From positions 1-40,182 of the forward strand of contig ADNK01000497.1 of assembly GCA_000320545.1 (NCBI GenBank): DNA of 40,182 nt. The letters are read 5' to 3'. A program made the position numbers and the translations under genes. The stretch's first letter is position 1. Every line of letters begins with the position of its first letter. The DNA comes from Bigelowiella natans CCMP2755. Taxonomy: Eukaryota; Protista; Cercozoa. The notes beneath the pieces are model-generated. The model was not told the DNA's origin, did no database searches, and was given only the letters and a program-made list of their open reading frames with translations. Shown piece after piece: positions 1-13,466 of this stretch.

Positions 1-61
1 CTCTCTCCCTCCCCCCCCCCCCCTCTCTCTCTCCCCCCCCCCTCCCCCGCCTGATATCCCC

Positions 62-63
<2 letters not shown>

Positions 64-124
<61 letters not shown>

Positions 125-146
125 TATATATATATATATATATATA
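64..146. repeat. (TA)n microsatellite in a URB2 intron
   Basis: Direct reading of the sequence; one interruption at about 121. Confidence 0.95.
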
Positions 147-169
147 GAAGAACAAATAATACTAAATAC

Positions 170-1032
170 CTGGAGAGCATTTCGGCCACAAGACAGGCGG
201 AAAGGAGTCGAAAGAGTGATGACATAGACGACGACGACGATGATGATAATGATGTTGATGATGATGAAGAAGAAGGCGCTGCTGCTGCCTGGAGAAAGCC
301 AATAGGAGCCTCATGCAGCATTCTGATTGCCCCCCTTAGCATCTTTATATTCAATCTCGCCAAGCCGCTAGAAGCGAGCCCTGCGGCTGCAACGCTTACA
401 ACAAAAGGAGAATGGTCAAATGATGATGATGATGATGATGTTGTTGTAGGAGAGGACTGTTGGGAGTCTTTCTTTAGGGAGGAGAGATCCTGAAGTGCTG
501 CGAGAAATCCTGGAAGGTCGCCGTCATCGGTTTGACCATCCCCATCATCACTTTCGTCTTCTTCTTCGACTTCCATGCTCCTTTTCCTTTTGATGCTCTT
601 TTTGTCCTTCTTTTTCTTCTTCTTCTTCTTCTTCTTCTTCCCATGCTTCTCCTTCTTCTTCGTTGTGAGGAAATTGAGAAGGAAACCCGCCGAAGGAAGG
701 CTTGGGCTGCAATACAAGAGATATCATTATGATAAATCAGAGGGCGAGTGAAGAAAAGACAGCAGCCAACGACGAATAACTACGGTGCTAAACCACTTAC
801 TCAACCTTAGGCCTTCTAAACACGGTTTCAGAGCGTTCGTGATGGCTTCGACAACCTATGACGTAGTAGTAGTAGCAGCAGCATTAGGGACGGATAAACG
901 GGACAGAAGAAGAAGAAGAAGAAGAAGAAGAAGAAGAAGAAGAGAGCATCATCGTCGTATAGGATTCAGATGATGTTTTCGAACAAATTAAAGTGAATAG
1001 TAGCAAATGTGGGTGTATATATGAGAGAAGTT

Positions 1033-1071
<39 letters not shown>

Positions 1072-2695
1072 GGAAATTTGCTAGCATTGATGCAAGGAAT
1101 GTCGGCGGGTGCGAGTGATTTCTCACAGCAGTAGAAAAGGTTTGCAGGTTTCATGGTATCTTTTCTCTCCTCACCTCGCTCTGCTCCCCTCTCTCCCTCG
1201 CGCGTTCCCCCCCCCCTCTTTCTTCGATTTGGTTTCTAGCCTACTACTACAATTAGTATTTCTTTTTTCTCTTCTTCTTCTTCTGCTGCTGCTGCTGCTA
1301 CTACTACTACTACTACTACCGCTGACGGGAAAGCCGCGCGCACTCCTCGAATTTCGTAAAACCAGCTCTGCCCAACCAGTTTCATGACGCCCTTTCGCAC
1401 AAGATCATCACCATCTCCTACTCCTCCTCCTCCTTCTGGTTGATTTCGTCTTCTTTTTTTCCCTCCATGATTCTTGTTTTGGTTGTGTTGTTCTTCTTCC
1501 TCTTCTCCCTTGATGACACTTGCCACCTGCACAGCCTGAGCGACTACCGAATGAACACACGCTTGCGATGTGAAGTCGACTAACAATGGGAACCCAGATG
1601 CTACGGCTCTCCATCTCTCACCTGGGAGGAAGAGGAGGGGGGGGGTGGGGGATATTGGGTCAGAATAAAGAAATGGTAGTAACAGTGGTGTCCCTTCTAA
1701 GATCACGTCGGTCAGTACATGGGGCACATTGTTTCAGATTATGGCAATATGGCGACGTTAAGTATGAGCGGTGGTGGTGGTGGTGGTGGCTGCTGCTAGT
1801 AGGTACAGTGCAGCTACATCTACACAACAGCTAAATACACATCGACGGTGACAACGACGATTACAATCAAGACAACGAACGAACTGACCATTTATCATCC
1901 TCCGCTGCTGCTGCTGCTGCTGGCACATCAGGTCGTCAGTCTGGAGTGTCACTTGCTCTCTTCTTCTTCCTCCTCCTTCTTTCGAATCCTCCTCCTCCTC
2001 CTCCTCTCCCTGTTCTCTGGGGAGAATAATACCCATCAGCGCAACGACTTCCAGCGATTGTCTAAGATCCAAACCGTCCTCCTTCATCTTCCGAGCCATC
2101 TTTATCTCCGTACTACCATTCTCGGGTGCTGCTACTGCTGCTGCTGTTGTCCCTGTCCCAGACACCATCGTCGTGGCGTGATGGTGATGATGATGATGAT
2201 GGGCGATGCGGCGCATGTGAGCGGCGGCCTGCTGCACGCGCATGGCTGCCAATCTAATGAGAAGTTGTCGCAACTCCGTTGACCTCGATCTTGCCTCGAT
2301 CTTCGCGAAGAGCGAGGAGATAGATGGAACGGTAGTAGGTAGTGACGATGATGATGATGATGATGATGGCGTTATTGCTGGGAGAGAAGAGAAAGATGAA
2401 GAGTCGGGTGTGGAAGCAACGATATCATCGTGGTCGCCGAGAATCGTGACTAGTTTCGGGATTTGTGCACGATATAACGGCGATTTTGGCCATGCCAGCA
2501 CTCGTGCATATCTCGACACCGCCTGAACATAGCGTATTATCACTTCACAAGGAAAACAGTGTAGCAGCATGGAAATTCGTAACGTGTACTCATCATTAGC
2601 AAGGCAGAACGATGAAGATGATAGATATGAAACTACGATCTCCGACTCTCCTTGAAGTTTCGCACACACCACAACCATCAAAATGATTGACTTAT

Positions 2696-2771
<76 letters not shown>

Positions 2772-3100
2772 ATCCCCACTACCACCGTACTCAACAATGG
2801 CAATAGTGATCAGAATTGCTAAATGCCGTAGTACACTACTACCTCAGAGAACGCGGTGGCGGAGATGACAGCTCTCAGCACCCCAGATAAGCATGTATTC
2901 ACTCCCGGCGACATCATGATGGCTCCATTCCTACTTTCTTTCTTCTTCCTCGTCTTTTTCTTTTTCTTCTTCTTGTCCATATCATCCTCCTCCCTAGCCT
3001 CCTCCTCACCCCCCTTTCCCTCCTGGTCCAAAGCACCGAGGGCGTAACGCAGACTCGGGGACAACACCACCCTGTACAACGAGCTAATCCCCTGAGAGAT

Positions 3101-3134
<34 letters not shown>

Positions 3135-3421
3135 TGAAAAGAGGAAGGAGAAGGGAGAGAAAAAGAACGGGGGGACAACAGGAGAGGAGAGGTGGAGAGA
3201 AAGGCGTTGAGCTGAATGCATTTCGCGGCAAAGGAATTAAGGGAGAGATCATAGTGAAGAGGAAGAAAGCTGGGGGGGAAAGGGAGGAGGAGGAGGAGGA
3301 GAAGAAGAAGAGAGGAATCAAGTGAATCACTACAGCAACTTATTTCAAATCCTATTTCCTCCTTTTCCCCTCCCTCCCTCCCTTCCTTCCTTCTCCCTCG
3401 ATGAGAAACAAGCCCACTACG

Positions 3422-3456
<35 letters not shown>

Positions 3457-4474
3457 AACTACTACTACTGGTGGTGCTGCTACCACCTTTGTGAGTGCGA
3501 ATGCGTTTTGCTGATTCAGGATGGTGTTGTCAACCACAAGTGCTGTAATCTCACAGCACACAGCAACATGTGCCAACTCCCACTGAGAACGCTCATGGTC
3601 GCCTTCCTTCTCTTGAGGGCTATTCGCGCCTCCTCCTCCTCCTCCTCCTCCTCCTCCTCCTCCTCCTCCTAGGGAGACGCCGCTCTTTGTGAGGACCTGC
3701 CAAACGCTCGCGGCCTACGGGTGCATACATTTATTGATTCATTCGTTCGTTCGTAACCGCATGGAATGATTCAGTGCGCGCAGTTGTGCACATCTTCTCC
3801 GACCACCCCCCCCTCTGCCCCATATTCCCAACCCTCATATAGCTAACAAAACAATCACCACGTGACGACAACACCCAACCTGCATTGGTGGAAGGGCCTG
3901 CAGCTTGGCAGCCATAGCATCTCTGAAAGGACGGTTGAGCACCGCCGCAACTAGTGCTGCTTCCCCTTCTTCTTCCCCCTCCCCCCCTCCTCCTCCTAGA
4001 TCGTCGCCGTCGTCGTCCTTGTGTCTGGCCTTGAACTCGTAGGCGGCTTTGAGGACGGAAGAGAGCAGGTGTGGGAGCTGACGCAACCGCCCTGAAACAC
4101 CCACAAGGACACGAACCATTTCCCCTACCGCATCACTACCAACACAGCCAACGCCACCACTACTCACTACAGTATTATCCTCCTCCTCATCGCCTCTGTT
4201 CGAAGTTCCTTCATCTGCAGTAGTTGTAGCAGCAGCAGAGAGGAATGAATTCCACGTGAGAGGCCATATTTTGGGCAGAAGTGGGTCGATTATTTCCCAG
4301 TTCATCTCGGCGAATCGCGCTATGATACGGCATATGGCTGGAAGTTGCAGCTCAGGGTAGCAAGATGATAGGGAAGAGATGGAGGAAGAGGAGGAAGAAG
4401 AAGAGAGGAGGCTGTCCGCGTGTGACTGGAACGACGAATACATCTAATCGTAGGCAAAGAAGGTTTGATATTCG

Positions 4475-4513
<39 letters not shown>

Positions 4514-5314
4514 TTATTGAAGCGCACAACTATGACACATCTACGTTCAGATGTATGTTTTACTGCATATGATCTCACTTTGAAAAGTAGGAAGAAATCA
4601 TGCAGAAAGTGGCGAGAAATGAGAAGGACAGAGAGAATCATTTGCTGTTGTTGCAGAGGAAAAACGTATCGATTTTATTTTTCTGTGCCTATTACGATTT
4701 TGCCATTGCGATTGTCTTTAGCCGGATGATACACAGCATAACGATCCGCCACATCGTAACTACCAACCAACAAAGAAGATACATTGACATCATAACCATG
4801 ATTCGGGTGGACGTCTTGCAAGCAAAGTTGGTCACTAGTTCCCAAAAATCTCTACCCTCACTGATATTTCTCAAAGACGAAAAAATCGGAAGCATAGAAG
4901 TAATATTTTCGACATGGTCATTTTACGATGTAGATTCATTTTTAGTTGTGAAATCGCTGTGGTACACACAGGTCAGCCAAGGCATTCATCGCCACTGCAG
5001 CTTTCCTCCCCTTCTCCTCTCCATCATTAGTCCCTGCTTCCTCTTTATCAAAGCTATTGCCCTGATTACACATGCCTCAGGGTTAATGATAGGATGAGGG
5101 AGGACAACTAACAATATACTATAAATGGAGCGTCTTACCCCCCCCCCTCTCCCTATACCTCTTTCTCTCTCTTCTTCTTCTTTTTTTTGTTTTGACGAGG
5201 AAACCGTTTCAATGATGATGTCCTTAAGTCGGGTGAACATAGCAAACTCCACCGCTGTCTCGTATCTGGAAGATAGGGAGGGAGGAAGCAGGATATGTGG
5301 AGCGTCGTCATAAA

Positions 5315-5355
<41 letters not shown>

Positions 5356-7330
5356 AGTTCTCGCACCTTTCTCGTCGTTCCTTCTTCTTCATCTCCTGTA
5401 TGGTCGTCACTCGCTTGCTGTCGCTACCCCTTCCCTTTGAAGCTGCATGCTCGCCTGAGCGGCCCGCTCTACTCACCCCCCCGAATTCATTCTCTTCGTT
5501 GAAAGCTACGACGTCTTTGTCCACGTCGAGAGCTGCGTATCTCTCCTCGGATTTCAACCCGATGGTCTCTTGCCCAACCCCCAACAATTGTTCGAATCCC
5601 TCATCTCCAAATCCAATGTCAACTGAGTTGTTGTTGTTGTTGTTGTTGTAGTCGCTTCTACTACCACCGCTCGAGGACGAGGCAAGACTCTTCATCATCA
5701 CTTCCCAAGCCTTTCGGATAAGTGAAATAGTATTTATTATTATATTTATTCTATATGTTAATATAAACACGTGCGTTCTCTAATGAAGCGCTATCCAAAA
5801 CTTTTCTAAAAATCAGCACACATATGTAGTGGCAGCTGCTATATTCTAAGATCTACTACCATCATACTACTACTACATTATCATCACTATGTATCGACGG
5901 CAGCAGAAGAAGAGTAAAACACATGATTAACCTGCTTCGTATCTTTCCAGGAGCGCTGTTGTCGGCGGCATGCCCTTAAATACCCTTCAAGAATCATGGG
6001 AACTCCCGCTATCATCGCCGCTACAGAGGAGGATGAGGAGTAGGAGGGAGAAGAGGAGGGGCTGCCAAGCCTAGAATTCTTCTTTCCCAACGCTTCGAAT
6101 AAAATCCTGCAGTAACTTACCAAGCTCCGAACCTTCCTGGATGGAGAAGTAGTTGAAGAAGAAGAGGGCTTTGCTGCTGTAGTAGCTACTGACGATGCTG
6201 ATGGTTCTCCAGAATTTCGCTTTCGACGCTTGGAGGTGTCTGGATGCTTACTGCCGCCACGTCGCTTGTTCCTGGGTCCTGTAATTGCTTGAAGAGCGTC
6301 GTGCAGCGCGGGCGGGATGAGGTGCTCCACAGCAGACGCGATAGGATTCAGGTGCGAGGGGTGGAATAAAGCATTGCAGATCACACTTTTCGATGAATGC
6401 AGCATCGATTAGAGTGTACACACACGCCCAGATACAGACACACAGCACAACAGACAGACAAACATAAGTGTGTTGATGATGACACAGTAAGATGAAAGAA
6501 TAAGTTTATAGCTCAAAGTAAGATTAATTGCAAATTTTCCACCATGTAATATAGTTGTAGGAAAGCTCAGACCTGCTTATGATCCCAGAAATTGCCCGGC
6601 GTTCGTCAGATTCGCCTTGATCAGCAACCTGCAGTTTATTTGCAAGGAGATTCGAATATTAACAGTGAAATGCGGGATGAACAAAAACAGTAACATCTGT
6701 AAGATTCTCATTATTTAGATTCCCTTGCTAGATCTTACTACCATTTTGGCCTCAAGCAGTGGGCCAAGAAGCTTCTTACACATCAATTCGAACGCTTTCC
6801 TAGAAAAGTATTGTACAAGAATAAAAAAGCATCTCAATGAATTCTCTCATCTACTCCTCTATTATCGCTTCTACCTTGGCTTTGGTGATGATCGTTGAGT
6901 CCAATAATAGTGACGCATAACTTCTCGCATCATTGGTGCTAGGGCTTCTCGAACAGTCGCCTTTTGACCACTGAATAACTGAGCAACGTGGAGGGCGAAA
7001 CCAGCCATTACATCGAGGGGTGGCTTGAAATTTTCTCCAAATAGTTTTAAGAGTAGCAGGTATACGTCGGAGAGTATAAGGAGAGGTGAAGATGGCCGGG
7101 GAAGGGACTCTGGGAGGTCAGCGAGACTGTCGTAGAAAATGGTAGATTCCTCCTTAGCTTCCTGCCCCCCCTGTATCCCCCCTGAGGTGAAGGCCTTGAG
7201 AGCATCAATAAATGCATTGAGAAACGCCGGCTTGATACTCACTATACCCACTGTAGAGTGACCGCCTGAAAGGATCCCGTGATAAAGCAGAGGAGTGAGA
7301 AATCACAAAATATGTTTAAAAATCGGAAAG

Positions 7331-7379
<49 letters not shown>

Positions 7380-7682
7380 AGGGGGGAGGGTGGGGGAGGG
7401 AGCACCCCGCACAATTTAGTACATAACACCATTATGTTCTTCCTCCCCGGCTATCTGGTCAAGAAGTGCCCTGAGAAGTGCCCAATGGGCTGGACATGTC
7501 CGTGGCGGTGTTCGCTTGGAGGAGCCCTTCTTTTTCTTCGCTAAAATACTCTCGAGGACCCAGTTCAACGAGAATGCGAGAGCGTTAGGGTTGGATTGGT
7601 AGAGTTTCCAGGCGGAAGCGACAGTAAGGTGGGAAGGGCCTGAGGAGCCCGACCGGCTTCGCTGGCCATTGTGGTCCCCCAT
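170..7682 (-). CDS. URB2: URB2/Npa2-like nucleolar pre-ribosomal-associated protein, multi-exon, 3'-partial (continues beyond position 1)
   Basis: ATG at 7682 (MGDHNG...). GT-AG-bounded exons encode segments I recognise as URB2-like: QRSSPKPR|KAFELMCKKLLGPLLEAK, CNALFHPSHL, YAVYHPAKDN, MNWEIIDPLLPKIW, GVSGRLRQLPHLL and LQALPPMQ. A Lys-rich NLS/NoLS-like tract lies at about 580-660. The last visible donor is CAG|GTATTT at 170/169. Family call is from remembered motifs, not a search. Confidence 0.7.
2698..2769. repeat. Compound (CA)n(TA)n microsatellite
   Basis: Direct reading. The same compound type recurs at about 26996-27042 and 36517-36587. Confidence 0.93.
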
Positions 7683-7999
7683 CGATCACGTCCCGTCGCT
7701 TGCAAGGGCCTGCAAGGATAGTGCACTTATCTACTCCGTAGCGGGACAGAATATATAGGATGTTATATCGATACCAGATCACACAAAATATAGCTAAAAC
7801 GAGAAGAATCTGCAGCGTCGAGAGTTTAGGGTTGCTATTCTATGGGTATCTAATAAGGGAGAAATATCGTAACAATTCTTGCGAGCACGATGGCAGAGGT
7901 AAACCATGCCGAATTGTTCCTTTGCGCGAGAATACGGCATCGTTCCAACCCTGTCGGCTAGAGAAAATCGGCTTGATTTGGCATTAAAAAAAAGTCACA

Positions 8000-8700
8000 A
8001 CAGGAAGATGTGCACGTTGGTCTGGAATTCATCAGGAAGATGAACACGCACATCAGAATCTCGCACGTGTGTGTGTGCACGTGCTTGCACGGTGTCATCT
8101 TGCATCGATCATCTAGTCATCATTGCGAATGGACGGGCCGGCGGGCGGCGACAACTAGTTGTGCTAATGTGGCATCGTGCTCATCTGGTCATGCTGACAC
8201 ACTGCTAGCTAGCAAGCTAGCTGTTCACACAGCTAGCTAGCTAGCCAGATGCACAGCTAGACAGACTGGTCTAGCAGTGCACCACGTGCTGCTCCTGTTG
8301 TTGTGCACCGTGTGCCGTGTCTGTGATGGACACAGCGATGATGTGTTGTGCACGGCGCGATGTGTGCAGCTCTTCTCTGACTGTGCACATTTGTGAGATC
8401 ATGCGTGTGCACGGCACTGTGAGCACACGCTAGACACGGTGCACGGTGCACGCTAGACATGACAGACATGCAACATGTTGTGCACATAATGTATGCATCA
8501 CATTGCTGTGTCTATTATCTGCCATGCATCTTGTGACATCTAGCTAGCTAGCGTCGTCTTGCTTGCTGCCTGTTGCCTAGCAGATGTTGCTGCTGTGGAA
8601 ATGCATCGATAGCTCGCATGGACAGCATGCGCACGTACTTAATGTGATGGAGATCAATTAATTAGGTACTTAATCGTGTACAACACCTCTCACATGCAAA
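8000..8700. other. Tract 1 rich in alternating purine/pyrimidine sequence and palindromes (downstream of the RRM gene)
   Basis: Dense GCTAGC, GTGCAC, CACGTG, TGCA and CATG words with few homopolymer runs. Palindrome ACAACTAGTTGT at 8151-8162. Confidence 0.75.
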
Positions 8701-8720
8701 GCACAGTTGGTAGATTTTCT

Positions 8721-8853
8721 TCAGTTTCGGTCGTACGGTCGATAGCCATCGCGATTATCTGAATGAAAGTAAAGATCAGATTCGTTCAAAAGTGGATAGA
8801 ATAATATCCTTTTTACCCCTGGCTCTATTGACTCGGACAGGTCCATAGCCGCC

Positions 8854-8885
<32 letters not shown>

Positions 8886-11822
8886 CTCCTCTAGTGTCTT
8901 GTGAACGGTAGCGGGACGAGCTTTGCTCTGCACCCTTTTCACTGTCCCTGTAATCTTTTCCTCCGCCGCCGCGATCACCTCCCCGACTACGGTAGGAATC
9001 GCTACGGCCCTTCTTGTACTCTTGTTCATAGGTGTCCCCTCCTCCTCCAGCATTTCCGTATCCGTTCCCTCCTCTCTTATCATAACTTCTGTCGCCACCA
9101 TAGTCACCTGAAACGAACGTTAGCAATCATTTTTAGTTTCATGCATCGAATAGTTGATACACATGCCGCTTCAGTGATGCATAAATGAGCTCATCACACC
9201 GTATCGGCTGTCTCCGTAGTCGTCTCTTCCATAGCTACTATAGCCATAGTCGTCTCTCGCACCGCCACCGTATTCTCCTCTGCTGGACGATCGGTAGCCA
9301 CCACCGCCACCACCATAGCTGTCGCCACGATCTCCTCCTCTTCCTCCCCCTCCTTCATAATAGCCATCGTCGTAGCCACCACCATCTCTACCTCCTCCTC
9401 CTCCTCCTCCTCCTCCCCTATAGCCACCGCCACCGTAGGTACCCGAAGAGTATCCGTAACCACCACCACCACCACCACGGTCATACCCTCCTCCTCCTCC
9501 TCCTCCTCCGCGGCTATATCCCCCTCCTCCTCCACGGTCATATCCCCTCCCACCGCCTCCTCTGCTTCCGTACCCACCACGGTCGTAGCCACCGCCGCCA
9601 CGGTCGCCATAATAATCTCCTCCTCCCCCACTGCCATAGCCTCCCCCCCCTCTGCGATCGTCGTAGCCGCCTCGATCATAGTAGCCACCACCTCCACCCC
9701 CACCTCGGTCACCATAATATCCACCACCGTAGCGATCCCCGCCTCCCCCGTAGTAGCCGTCTCCACCACCACCACGATAATATCCTCCTCCATCTCCTCC
9801 ATACCTACTGCTGCCCCTATCATCCCCTCTTCTAAAAGAAGGGCGATTACCACCTACACCAACGCAATAATAGTAGAAGCCACGCATAATGGGCGTGAAA
9901 ATGGTCTTTTTTAGTAGAGTTTTTTAGTCTTAGCAAGTAGTGGTGACGACAATTTAGGGAAGGGACAGCGACAAGTGACTATTCTCACAGAGTGCATTTA
10001 TTTTTCAAATTAAGGGCTTGGTATATTCTAATAATACTTGTTTTAGTCGCTCATTATTCTGATCCATAGTGGAAATACTACTATTACTACTACTATGTGT
10101 TCTCTATTTCGATCTTCTATGTCTGCCACCATATGATGATGGGAAATTAACAATGTGCAGGGTAATACAGCTGTGGAATCTTAAATAACTCGGCGGTCCA
10201 ACAACAACCGATAGCTATTACATGCAACTGAGTCGACTGCGTGCACTACAAACTCTAGACTGAGGTGTGCTCAGAGCGTAGGTGACTATCAAGTTCGTTG
10301 CACATAATAACTAATCTCCAATTGGATTTCCGACTTATTATTATTATTATCATTATTATTCTCCTTGATAAGTTTATTTTTCTATCGTCTAGAACGCCTA
10401 GAATTAACTACCGTGACGTGGGTGTGATCCACGTGGCATGTTAGACTGCGCAATTGCGGGCTTGCATTCAATCTGGGGAGGGAAGGGAGGGAGACAGATA
10501 TCTACATTATGAGTATGGTCAATTGTAGATGAAATTTTTACTGTGGCTTCAGCAACGCATATAGCCAGTGTTTACGAAAGTATAATCATTGTGGAGACTT
10601 GCCTGCTTCCTATTGATGGAGTGATCATTTGCTCGCAAGGCACTCGAATATCCAGCTTCATCCTCTGCAAAACAATAATAGCTCAGGCTCTGTTGCATCG
10701 ATCACTTTTAGTTGTCATCGTCTTCTTACTGAATTTGACGAAGCCAAATTTCCGCGAACCTCCGTCAGAATATCTCATTATGTTCGCACTTTCGATATCG
10801 CCGTACTTCTTGAAGTGGCTGTGAACGGATGGTATCAATGTTATTACTTTGTAAGAAGTCGCAGGAAGAGATCATTTTTTCTTCGGATTACTCTGCAAAT
10901 TCCTCATCGGTTGTGTCCGGTGTGAGGCCTCCGACAAATATTTTGAACCCGTTATTCTGAATGATAGAGGGATCAGCTAGAGTATTGGATACAGGAGGAA
11001 TCTAATGTGTTGCTAACCTGAGTTTCTGCACCCCGTGAATAATTACCACGATTTCGGAATCCTTGCTTTTCAGCTTTTCTATTTTCCACCTTCCTACCGT
11101 CAATCTCGACCTAATAGAGTTGGGGTCAATGCTCGGGTGTTGGTCTCTATCTTCTAATTCTCACCTCAGACTTCAGTGCACTTTCCATAGCTGCAACATC
11201 TTTGAACGTGACGAATCCAAAGCCGCGTGATAATCCCGTTGACCTGTGTCTCAGGACAAAATAGTCTGTAATCTCCCCGAACTTGGAGTATGCCTCCAGA
11301 AGCTGTAGACAACAGAGAAAAGAAGAAGAAGAATAACAAGCTGTGATTACTTGAAGACAACATCAATCATTAGCTCGTCTAATGAGACCATCTCATTTGT
11401 CGTATCAGCGGTGAGTCCCCCAACAAATATCTTTGGAGCTTCGTCGTACGTTGTTCTGACTCCTTCCCCTACAGGAGGGTCTCTTTCCCGAGTATTCGAT
11501 TGTTGATCATCTGAATATTTCGTATTAATAAAGAGATGCATAAAATATTACGTGCGATTTGGTTTGAAAATTTGATGAGGCGACCTGGAGTGCCACGATG
11601 GTCACCCGTTCCTCGTTGGTTTCTATCATCTTCACGGTGTTCACCATCACGGGGTCCATTGCCCTCTCCTCTTTCTTCGCGTCCATTATGCTCGTCTCTA
11701 CCATCGCGTTCGTAATCATTGCCTCTACCCGCGTCTTCGTCGGGGTGCGAGAGAGCGCTCCCTTCCCTTCCGAACTTAGCATCATTATCCGCACTCCGCG
11801 GTGCCGGCTCTTGGTCCCCCAT
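8721..11822 (-). CDS. hnRNP A/B/D (Musashi/DAZAP1-like) RNA-binding protein: two RRMs, Gly/Tyr/Arg-rich RGG tail, C-terminal PY-NLS-like motif
   Basis: The spliced frame gives RRM1 (KIFVGGL...RGFGFVTF...VEIDGRKVENRKA) and RRM2 (KIFVGGL...KFGFVKF...SINRKQ|IECKPA). RGG/YGG exons lie at 9853-9200 and from 9107 to about 8817. The last exon reads DNRDGYRPYDRN* with TGA at 8723-8721. ATG is at 11822. Confidence 0.9.
10473..10602 (-). other. GC-AG intron in RRM2
   Basis: Donor CAG|GCAAGT and acceptor CCCCAG|ATT join SINRKQ to IECKPA. Read-through of the donor hits a stop. Confidence 0.8.
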
Positions 11823-12317
11823 TTGCCACAAATTCAGATTTTACTACTGGGATCGAGTTAAAACAATATTGCCTTTTTTAGCGATAAAACATGCATCGAT
11901 GGTACCAAACATTAGAAATTTGACTGTGTTTTTGTTGCATCGCAGGCCAAGGTGTAAAAACCGATTGCGGAACTCGCGATTCAGATCATGACGCAAGAGG
12001 ATTTGTATTTTTTAATACATGCCAATACTATCCTTGTCGTATTTGTATAATACAGGTCATACTTACAACCTACGAATGTCATCGACCAACATGGAACCAA
12101 GATCGACCTTTCTTTGCTAATTCGCAATGAGTCGCGCAAGAAAGGAGAAATATCATGTGAGACATGATAATAGAATTGTCGTCATAAATAAATTGCCATA
12201 CTTCTTACACATTTCATAGTAGGATATCTCAATATTGCTGTTTGATCCACAAGGGAGGGTGTCTCCATCTTTATAACCCTACACTCTCAAACAAGCTGCG
12301 CAAAAAGTAGAAGTCTA
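11823..12317. promoter_or_regulatory. Putative bidirectional promoter region (RRM gene / GH141-like gene)
   Basis: 495 bp AT-rich, repeat-free gap between divergent start codons. Positional inference only. Confidence 0.55.
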
Positions 12318-13430
12318 ATGCGATTTCTACTTCTTGCCACCCTTCCAACACTGCTCTGGGCGGATAGCGAATCGCTGAACTGCCCGTTGAGAGCCATCGG
12401 TCTCGAATATGCGCAGATGCTTCAACCATTCCGCCCGAACCAAGTCTTTCAAGAAATTGCTGACGCGCTTAACGGATCGCCGGAAGCTCAGAACTGCTCA
12501 ATCAAACCCAGTGATAATTATTTCTTGACTCTAATAAATTTCGTATTTTAAATTGTGAACCTACGGGTCTCATCAGGCCATTTGTTGATCTTAATAAAAA
12601 TCTTATGTGTTTCAACAGGAAACCTGGCCAATGACGATAGTTCAGAAGCGAGGCATCGTGTAGTTTTTGCCCCATTGCCGTCGAAGAATAGTTTCTCTAT
12701 CTATGCAGACCCGATTGATGGCTCGGACGACAGTGGCGACGGCTCGGAGAAGGATCCCTTCCTCACAATTCAGCGCGCTCTTGCAGCTGTCAGAGAAGCT
12801 CGCTGGGAAAAGAGCAGCTTAGGAACCGAAGAAATCGCGACTATCGTGCTGCGAAAGGGCACGTTCCATTTACGCGAGGCCATAAAGATGAGTGCAAAGG
12901 ACAGCTTCGTGACTCTGCAGGCATATCCGGGAGAACAAGTCGAAGTTTCTGGCTCCATACCCGTGACTAATGTGGAGTGGAAGCCGACAGAAGCTCCACC
13001 TCGCCTCCCTTACGAGTATAGAGTTGGGGTACTGGCAGATGGGTTCGACGTGGCGGATGGTGGAATGTACACACTGGAAGAAGCCACTACCATTTGCACC
13101 CGCATCCCTGAGTGCGCTGGCTTTGCTTACAACTCCTCCTCAAAGGAGCCGAAAGGCAAAGTAGCTGTTATTTCTTTCAAAAGTGCGGTGTTCTACTCCC
13201 CTCCAGGGAAAAAGGTAAACAACTCGTACATCTGTATTAAGAACTACGGCTACTTGCCGGGCGTCGCACAGAACCTTTTCGTTGCGAATCTGACTGGTCT
13301 CGGCTTTAATCCCGAAACACTACAAGGTAGTCATACTCATAGCGGTGACCTTGGATATTGGCCATCGTGGATGCTTCTCCAATTTACGCACGCAAGCACT
13401 CAATCACATCCATTAAAAACGTATAAAAAC

Positions 13431-13466
<36 letters not shown>

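Noticed and set aside
7369-7400. G-rich run as a functional G-quadruplex
   Set aside because: One of many homopolymer-type runs in repeat-laden introns; nothing singles it out.
9108-9199. Box C (GTGATGA) and box D (CTGA) in an RRM-gene intron as a C/D snoRNA
   Set aside because: The boxes are only about 16 nt apart and box C abuts the splice donor, which is too short for a snoRNA.
9185-9853. Overlapping 216 aa (+) and 219 aa (-) ORFs
   Set aside because: Shadow frames of the GGN-rich RGG exon.
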